Below the pieces are notes generated by a model. It saw only the letters and a program-made list of their open reading frames with translations, was not told where the DNA came from and searched no databases. A stretch of 33,244 nucleotides of DNA from Octopus bimaculoides (lineage: Eukaryota). Positions 1-9,500 of the stretch are shown piece by piece (positions within the stretch are counted from its first letter, which is position 1; every line of letters begins with the position of its first letter). A program made the translations under genes and the position numbers. The stretch spans positions 9,264,861 through 9,298,104 of the forward strand of contig NC_068981.1 of assembly GCF_001194135.2 (NCBI RefSeq), read 5' to 3'.

Positions 1-554
1 GATAGGGCTCTTAATTGTAGATTTTAAATATTTGAGAGACAACAATGCATAAATCGTAATTTTTAAAAGAGCAATGAATGAATTCTAGGTGATTAGAATA
101 TAACGTAGCATGAATTTAGGAAGCTTAGAAAATGAATAAGCATGAATTTAAGACAACAACTGAATTCAATTGAATTTCATGGAGAGAAACAAGATAAATA
201 ATAGAGGGCAAACTAAAGTGCGAAGGTATTATGAGATGTTTGAGGCCGTAAATAAATAAAAAATCTCTATCTTATCTGCATCTTGGAGATTTCGTCGTAG
301 TATGTCAGCGATACGTGTATATATAGTATCTATCTACCTGTCATTATTCTACAACTCTTCCTTGGCTACCAAACTAAAATGCTACTTACTACAGTGAAGG
401 AAGTTAACTCCTGATGAGTCAGTTGTGAAAGGGTCAATTTACTATTAAGGGCTATTTACCTTCTTTGTTCACTACGTGTAACAGCAGATGGATGTTTGCC
501 CAATGATTATTATAGTTATATTGAAATTGATGTGTATTTTCCATTTTTTTCCAG

Positions 555-582
555 ACTTTTCAAAAAGTTGCTGGTGACTGTG
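555..582 (+). CDS. CDCA8: Borealin exon (28 nt, TFQKVAGDC)
   Basis: ttttttccag|ACT...TGTG|gtaagt; frame inferred from downstream exons. Confidence 0.6.
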
Positions 583-3500
583 GTAAGTTTCTGTCTTCCA
601 TGCTTCTAACTTTTGTCTTTTCTTTTCAATCATTTTATTTCAGTTATTTTATTAGAGATAATTCTATGGCAGATTTCTGTAGAGAAAGCCTTTGACAGGG
701 TCCCCTGATCCCTTATCTTGTGGGCGATACAGAAACTGGGGATTGACGAGTAGTTAATAAGAGCTGTACAGGGATGCCATTAGTAAGGTAAGGGTCGGCA
801 ATGAGTATAGTGAAGAATTCCGGGTATAAGTAGGGGTTCACCAAGGATCAGCCCTCAGTCCCCTCATATTCATAATAGTCCTCCAGGCAATAACAGAAGA
901 ATTCAAGACAGGTTGCCCCTGGGAGCTCCTCTATGCTGATGACCTTACTCTCATAGTGGAATTTCTACCAGAACTAGACAAGAAATTTCAGGTGTGGAAG
1001 CAAGGTTTAGAATCAAAGGGTCTTAGAGTCAATGTTGCAAAAACCAAAGTCCTAGTAAGTAGGAAGGCGAACACATCACAAACCCTTTCGGGTAGATGGC
1101 CCTGCTCAATCTGTAGCAAAGGTTTAGGTAGAAACTCCATAAGATGTACCCAGTGTAAGCTATGGATGCATAAGAGGTGCAGCAACATCAAAGGAAGGTT
1201 AACTGGGAAGATAGCTTTTGTGTGCAACAGATGCACAGGGGCAATAAATACTGCAGATGCTCAGAAAACAAATTCCATCACATGCCAGGGAGAGAAACTA
1301 GAAGTAGTTGATAGCTTCCGCTACCTAGGTGACCATGTCTGTAGTAGGGGTGGATGCTCAGAGAGCATTGCCACTAGAATAAGAATAGCATGGGCAAAGT
1401 TCAGAAAGCTCTTACTTCTACTGGTGACAAAAGGCCTCCTACTCAGAGTGAAAGTTAGATTGTATGATGCATGTATGTGAACTGCCATACTTCATGGCGG
1501 TGAAACATGGGCCATGACAGTTGAATGACCACACTCGAATGGTGCTTTTTACGTGCCACCGGCACAGGAACCTGGCCAAAATATTCTGCCCATTTTATGT
1601 TCAAACTAGTAATATCCAGCCGAAAATTATTCCCCTTAACTTGTTTGAACCAGCCAAATCCAGCCATATCAGATTCCTCTATGAAATTGCTAAAAAAATA
1701 AACAAATCACATTATTGAATTCTTGGAGCTTTTAGATAATGCAAGATAAAGCCTTTCCTGCCTTTATTCAAGTAAGAATACAGTGAAATTTTTGAGACCT
1801 CTTGGATTTTTCTATATTTGAAGAGAAGTGTTGTATATTTTAGTCTTTAACAATATGGCATCAACAAGTAACAATTCCAACTTTGAAGGTTTTTACTCTT
1901 GATGATGTTCAGAATATAAACGAAAACAACAATGTCTTCAGACAAATCATATTGACATTTATGAATCTTCATCAGATGAGATTAAAGCAACATGTTTATA
2001 GATTACTACATCAACCCCAATTCCCAATGCTCAACCATTTTATTTTCATTTTTACCGAAAAGTTTTTTTGAAACTGTCGCGGAGGAAACAAATAGGTTCA
2101 GTGCATAATTTCTATTTGTGGAAGACCCGATCCACTATGGCAGCCAACTGATACTGCAGAAATGCAAACTTTTTTTGCTCTAAACAATTTGTTTATTTGA
2201 TAGTAATATCATATACTCCTTTCATTTTCTTACAAATAAAATGTGAAAGTGAGAAATACATATTAATTTTCAGTATGTTACACACCTGTGTTCACCTTTG
2301 CCTCACCTGTTAATGAGCTTTTTTTATTAGATGCATTCTGTTATATAAATGTATTCATTAAATTGCATAAGCCAATGGTATATTGACTAGTAAAAGAGTT
2401 TTGTACTTTATTTTCAATGAAAATGTTTGAATGAAATATAAAGAATAAAATCTGGTACCAATTATACCTGTATTTTAATTAATTCAAATTAAAGTAGCAA
2501 AATCGTTGGCAATTGACATCTGGGATAGTTTTAGTAACAAATCAAACAAGTAAGATGCATCAAGAATTTCAATTTTAGTGTTTATCCATAATGTTACTGC
2601 TTTTACACCTATTCATTAAATTTACCTGCCTATAAAAGTCAAATTTAATCAGCAAAATCAGCTAAAATTACATAACTATAATCCACTGATATATAAGCAC
2701 CCATTGACAAAATTTTGAATCTCTATGTCAAAAATGAACTAAGTTACAAGCAAATATTGTGGCCACCCCTCTTGAACCTGAATAATCGAAAATAACGTGA
2801 ATGAATAAGCATTACATTTGACAGATTAATCTGAACACTAAAGGGCTAAAGAGGTTTCATAAAGCTGAAAGATGCTCCATGGAATTTAAAGATGAAACAC
2901 ACTTGTTATTCTATAACTCTTTCTGAAAATACTTTCTGTTCCAGTTTGCAAAGAATTGAATAATTTCTTTTTTACTGTTTCAATTTTATTTATTTAGCAA
3001 CATCTCTTCAAATGTTCGACTTACAAGAAGCACCAAGCACTGTGTAGGTACCACTTAAAACCTAATTTTCAACTTGTTGCTTTGCTCCATCTCCCTCCCT
3101 CTCTCTCTCCCTCCCCCCCTGCCATGCATAACATTTTCTACATTTCTCTCTTTGTTATTATGATATCATTGTATGGGATTTTCCATGCTTGTATGGGTAG
3201 GGTAGCTCTTTCCAGCACGGCATCTTACCACTTGCAGTTTCTTGTAATTTTAGCAATTCTTGTCCTCTCTTTCCATTGTCATTTCCTTCATGAGCCCCAA
3301 CATCCTGAGATTGGTCCTCACTACTTCATCCCATGTCTTCCTCTCCCACGGGTACCATCCACTTTCAGTGACTGCCACTTCTTTATCGAGTATATATATA
3401 TATATATGTCAAACTATGTGACCTTGGTATCACTGGGAGAGTGGCTGCAAGACTTTTTAAAGGACAGAAGTCAGGCATTTGCAGCCAATTGTGCTCTCTC

Positions 3501-6500
3501 TGGGGAGACATCAATCCACAGTGGAATTCCTCAGGGAACTGTACTGGGACCACTACTGTTTGTAGTGACTCCCTCAGTTGTATAGTCAGCCACAAAAAGC
3601 AACTGGGCAATTTTCTCTCTGAAATCCCAGATGAGCCCACACCGTGGCAGGAGGCACAAAGAAGGGTAGCTTCATCCAGTTTGCTTCTTCACCAAAAACA
3701 GTACCAAAGGGAGACTCCAAAACACTGCTCCAGAATGGCCCCAGCCATGTATGTATATACATGTATTCCTCCAATGTCCCCCCCCCCTCTCACAAGCTTT
3801 TTGTCTTGCATGTTACTTGATGACTCTGCCACTGTAAAGTGATTAGCATTTGGAAGGGCATCCAGCCCTAAGAAACCCTGCCAAAATAGACAGTCTCCTG
3901 CCTCACCAGGCCATGCCAGCATGCAAAGCAGGCGTTAAATGATGAGGGTACACATTTATGAATGTGTATATACATAGTTTTTTTCCCTGTCAATTACTTT
4001 GTGCCCATCTTAAGTTAATGTTTTTCTTATTTTAGGAAAAGGACAAAACTGAAAACAGTTCCAGAGAATAACTTTCCTCTTTTTGAAAAGGTATCTTGTT
4101 TCTTTTTCTTTCTTTTCTTTTTGTTATTGAGAATTTTCTTGGCCTAAATATGGACAGACTTAGAAGCATTTGGCTCCTTTAAATAAACAGAATAGCTTTG
4201 ATTCTGTTTTGGGATCATTAAGTATTTCATCTCAACAGATTTTGTGCTCCTAAATTATCCACCAAGACAGTTTACCTGGCATCCTGTCAGTTTTTGACAA
4301 GTGTTCCAGTTGATTCAATCAAGGGAACAGCCTGTTAGTGAAATTAACGTGCAAGTGGCTGAGCACTCCACAGACACGTGTACCCTTAACGTAGTTCTCA
4401 GGGATATTCAGTATGACATAGTTATGTGACAAGGCTGACCCTTTGAAATACAGGTACAACTCATTTCTGCCAGCTGAGTGGGTTGAAGCAACGTGAAATA
4501 AAGTGTCTTACTCAAGGACACAATCCACTGCCAAGAATCGAACTCACCACCTTACAATTGTCAGCTGCTGCATACCCTAACCCTAACCACGAAACCAAGA
4601 AAGTTAACATCTTTAAAATCAATAACTTTTGATATATCTGATAGGAATTAAAAACAAAATTATTTTCGACTCTATTAAATTGGATTTTGTTGTTTTGTTT
4701 GGCAACTAATTTATTGATTAGAGTAAATATTTTGCTTTCTACATCGAGATATTTGATTTAGATTTATTTCAAGATAAGAAGCATTATGATGTGGGTTTTC
4801 TGTGACAAACAGTCTTGTTTAACAATCTCTTTAGCTATTCAAGAGTTTCAGGTGGTGGAACTGGCAGAATCATTAGCACACCTGGCAAAACTGTTCAGTA
4901 ATGTTTCGTCTACCTTTACATTTTCTATTCAAATTTCACCAAAGTCAACATTGTCTTTCATCCTTTTGGGGTTGATCAAGTAAGTACCAGTGATATACTG
5001 GGGTTGGTATAATTGCCTTACCTTCTCCCTCGAAATTGCTGGCCTTGTGCCAAAATTTGAAACCAAATATTAGGAGAGTCTCTTTAATACTTCACAAATA
5101 TTATTGTTTGTAATTATCCTAAAATGATTTTGGTAAACCAGTTTGTAAAACAGATTTCATTCTTTCATTATTTTTCCTTCACTTTTACAATTTCTGAAGC
5201 AAAGAGAATTTGCTTGTATCAGGTTTACTTACCTTTCACTCAGTTACCCATTAACACTTTCTTTCTTACTCCATTTTTACCATACTAACAAAGGTAGGAT
5301 TGGATTTCATGTCCTTTTTACATTGGCACATAGAGTACACCATCTTGAGCGTGGCCGTTGCCAGTGCCGCCTGGCTAGCCTTCGTGCGGGTGACACGTAA
5401 AAGCACCCACTACACTCTCTGAGTGGTTGGTGTTAGGAAGGGCATCCAGTCGTAGAAACTCTGCCAAATCAGATTGGAGCCTGGTGTAGCCATCTGGTTT
5501 CACCAGTCCTCAGTCAAATCATCCAACCCATGCTAGCATGGAAAGCGGACATTAAACGACGATGATGATGATGATGATGTAATGTCTTTTTATTGTTGAC
5601 TTACTATTTATCCGTCAAGCCAGCCTCTCCAGAAAAGGAGCAATCTTTATTTTCAGCTGACTCAAATATTGATATTAATTTTGATGTTGAAACCAATCAA
5701 CCGACTCTACTTTCATAAAAGCTTTAAAGCTGGCATTCGACTTTCTCTTGTAAAAATATAAATTTTTGAACACTTTAAAATATGTGTCTGATCCAGCTGA
5801 CAGTCTCCACAGAACAATAATCTTATTCTGTGTTAGCTCTTTCTTTATTCCTTCGCAAAATGTCACTTTATTCATTTATTTATTTACAGCCTCTTATAGA
5901 AAACCAACTGTTGACAGGTGAGTGGAACACATTTTAATAAATTTATATCAGGGTGTAGGGCTGCTATCCCACTCGGTCAAGTGGCTTCTTCTATAACCTC
6001 GAGTTGATCAATGCCTTAGTAGTGAAATTTGGAATGGTGGAACTTACACAGAATTTGTTTTAGTGTTGTCAGACAATTTGAGACAATGAGATTGTAAAAG
6101 TCTAAAAGCAGTGATTGATTTATGGAAACCTTTATAGCTAAGTACCTAGTCATGTCTTTAATATTACATAGATGTAACCCTAACTCTAACCCTTTGCCTT
6201 TCATCTTTTCGGGATCGATTAAATAAGTACCAGTTAATCACTGGGGGCCGATGTAATTGACTTAATTTCCTTGTCTGTCCCCTGCGGGCAGTAAAGAAAG
6301 AAATATTACACAGATGTGTGTTTCCTTGAGTCTTCCCATCAACTTTGAGCAGCAGTGCATTTGTTTATGTCTTTTGTACACAATTTGTCACATCACTTTT
6401 CATTGTGTAAAAAGAGCAGAAAAATATGAGTTAGCTGCTTGAGTTTTGTTCAATCCATAGGTAAAGCAGACATAAAAATAATGATAATTTACATCTGTGC

Positions 6501-9500
6501 ATAAATTGCTTGTAATGGTTTGCTAAAAAGTAATTCCCCTATTTCATTGGGTTTTACTTCAATTAAAAGGGCCCTCCTTTACTGACCTCTGCCCCTTTCA
6601 GCCAACAGGTATCATTACATATCATAATCAGTGCAACCAAGTGTCCTGCATACTTTCTAACCTGTTCTTTCCTCATCTTGATAATACTAAAACTCTGGAG
6701 ATGTTTGTGTGTACCCGAAATATCTCACAAATGGTATGTTTTATCTTAATTTATTCTCATACTTACCTTCGGCAGTGCAGTACAAATTTTTGGGGGATTC
6801 TATTTATTTGTTTGTTATTTCTTGACAAACAAAAACCACATCGCTTCCATGACGTCAACACACATATAATGAATGTCATGGTGCATCAACACAAACACAC
6901 ATCCGCTATCTGTGATATAAATGTACACATGTAGTTTTTGCACTCTCTAAGAAAAAAAACAAAACGTTAACCTTTTTGACGTACACAATATTCAAATCAT
7001 TTAGAAATATTTTTAAGTGAATGTGATTTCAAAAATGTATGTTGTTTGTACAGTAAGTATTTATATTTTAGCTTTCTTTAAACAGACAATATTTTAATGT
7101 TTTTTTCTTAATTATTTTTAAGTTGTTAATTTCCATAAACATTTTTTTTTTATTTACTTTTGTTTTAAAGTGAAAGATGTATGAACGTGTGTGTGAAAGA
7201 GAGAGAGAGTGAGGGAAGGGGTGTGTTGTCATGTATACATACATACATCAATACATGTGTACATCTTTTTTGTATGTAAGTGTGCATGTGTGTGAGAGAG
7301 TGTGTTCTCATGTATATGTAAGTGGCACTCTCTCTCTCTCACACACACACGTCCATTTCATATACACATTCATACATCTTTGACTTTCTTCTCTCTTTTA
7401 CTTTTAAAACAAACGTAAATAAATAAATTTTACGGAAATTAACAAACAAAACCAGTTGATCCAGATGACAGTTCTGAGAGTCAAAGCAAAAGATCGCCCC
7501 AAGGGAATACTGTTGCAAAAAATTCTTCAACTGCATTCAATGTATCTCAGTTCCAAAGATTTGGCTGCTATGTGGTAGCAAGGTGTGCAAGAAATAGGAG
7601 CCATTTATGTGTGATTTCGATGTTACATTCATTGAAAGCATGCAAAATAACCTGGGGGGGGGGGACCCCACAAAACAAAATTCTGTTGCTGGGAAACTCA
7701 GACTTTGTAGGTGAGCCAACAGGTCACAGGCTAGTGTTAGTCTACAACCTTATTTATTGCTAATAATTTGATTAAATTTTTTTTTAAACAAAACCTTTCA
7801 TGTCTTCACTATGACATTAGTGAGAGAGTGCTAAATTATAAAATTTATATCATACCTGTAGCTAACGAAAAAGCCTTCATAAAGCCTATTTAACATACAA
7901 CATTCTCTAACTTCTTCCAAACCAATTCAACTAAATGGAACTTTTATGTTTTGATTCATTCTTCAGATGCTATCGATATGAGTATCCAAAGAACTTTGTA
8001 AGTAAACTTGTTATTTTTCTGTTAATCTCAATCATTAAAATCGACTACAAAATACTAGGTTGCTATTCTTTTATTGTGATAATAATGTTGTATTTCAATT
8101 GGTAAATTAACCAGAAGTTGTACTTCAGGTAAACCTCTAACCTTTTCATTGATTACAGTGAACAGGTTTCAAGTGGGAGGAAAAAAAGTGAGTTAGTAGT
8201 AGTGCATGTGTTGAATATTCAAATGGCACAACCAAACTACACCTGTCACAACAAATTAGCTTGTATCAAATCTCTTGTCAGAACTAAACCAGAAGATAAT
8301 TCTTCATAAAAGAAAAACTATTCTTTATTCCCAAATATTGCTGGGAGATTTCATTCCTTGCCAAAACTGCACTAATTTTTCTATGTTGCAGTGTGACTTC
8401 AGGAAACTCTGCTTTTGTAGGTTTTCAGCACTCATTATAATAATTATTATCATTCATTTAGTTATCTGTTTAGCCACAAAGTTAAGAAATCCAATTGTTC
8501 AATTCTGTTGGCTCTAAATCTCGAAAATTCTATCTCTTCACGTTTGTTTTATTACCTGCTAATCTTATGCAAACGTTCTATTGTTTCCTCTACTGTAGTC
8601 TTAATTGTTGAAAATTTCACCTCTCTCTTCTCTGTTTTCTTACTACATTTTCGTTTGCCCATACTATGTCTGTATCCTTGCTTTCCCATGTTAATTAGTG
8701 GTTTTTGCTTTGTTTGTGGATATGTTACATCGCCTTTAGCTAGGGAATAGGGCGTCCGTAGTGTTTTGTCGTTTGCATTGCACCCTCCCAGCCCACCCCT
8801 GCCACCCGTACTGGAAGTCTTTCTCTTGGTACTTTTAATGGTTGCCTATATGGGAACACTCTCCCCCTTTCCTATCTTTCCTCCTGGTAAACATAGTAAT
8901 TGGGAAGTGTATGCAGGCTGAAGCCTATTTGTATGTTTACGATGTCTGCCAAACGCACGTGAGCTTTCTGTTCAGATGCAAAATGCTGTACCCCTTCCCT
9001 GGGTCTCGCCAGCCCACACCCTCAGAGTTGGCACATTGAAAGGTAGGCCTGGTGAGATGCTTGAATGGAGGCATGTCGATTTGTGTTGCATCCAAGAGGT
9101 ATGATGAAGAGGAGGTTCTGCTAGGTTCGTCACACGCAAAGAACATAGGTATAAGATCTTCTGGATAGGGAACAGTGATGGGGTTGGGGGCGTGGGTATA
9201 CTCCTTGCTGAGAAATGGGTTAAGATACTTATAAATAAGAATCCATATCTGTTTATTCAAAATTTCCACTTGTGGCTTTCTCTTGAATTGGTGTAAATCT
9301 TTGATGTCTATTACGGTGAGAAGTTTTCAATAATATCAATTATTGCTAGAATTAGGCAGCAATGTAGAAAGTGAAGTAATCTACTCCATTAATGTCTAAA
9401 CAGAAACTTGTTTGAAATATGAAACTAATCTAATTTTTAAAGGCGCCAAAGACGACCCCGAAATACAAAAGGTTCAATGCAGGCCCCTTCTACAATTAAA

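Noticed and set aside
411-435. CTGATGAGTC...GAAA...GTC hammerhead-like string
   Set aside because: Stem II does not close (G/T at the G10.1-C11.1 position) and neither stem I nor stem III pairs
563-577. 14-nt identity AAAGTTGCTGGTGA between the Borealin exon and the SHQ1 exon at ~30480-30493
   Set aside because: Too short; unrelated proteins; likely coincidence
3082-3842. 167-aa and 133-aa ORFs
   Set aside because: Chance mosaics of low-complexity sequence, RTE antisense and CR1 fragments
4573-4590. (CCCTAA)2 telomere-like repeat
   Set aside because: Only two units, and part of the SINE A-box head
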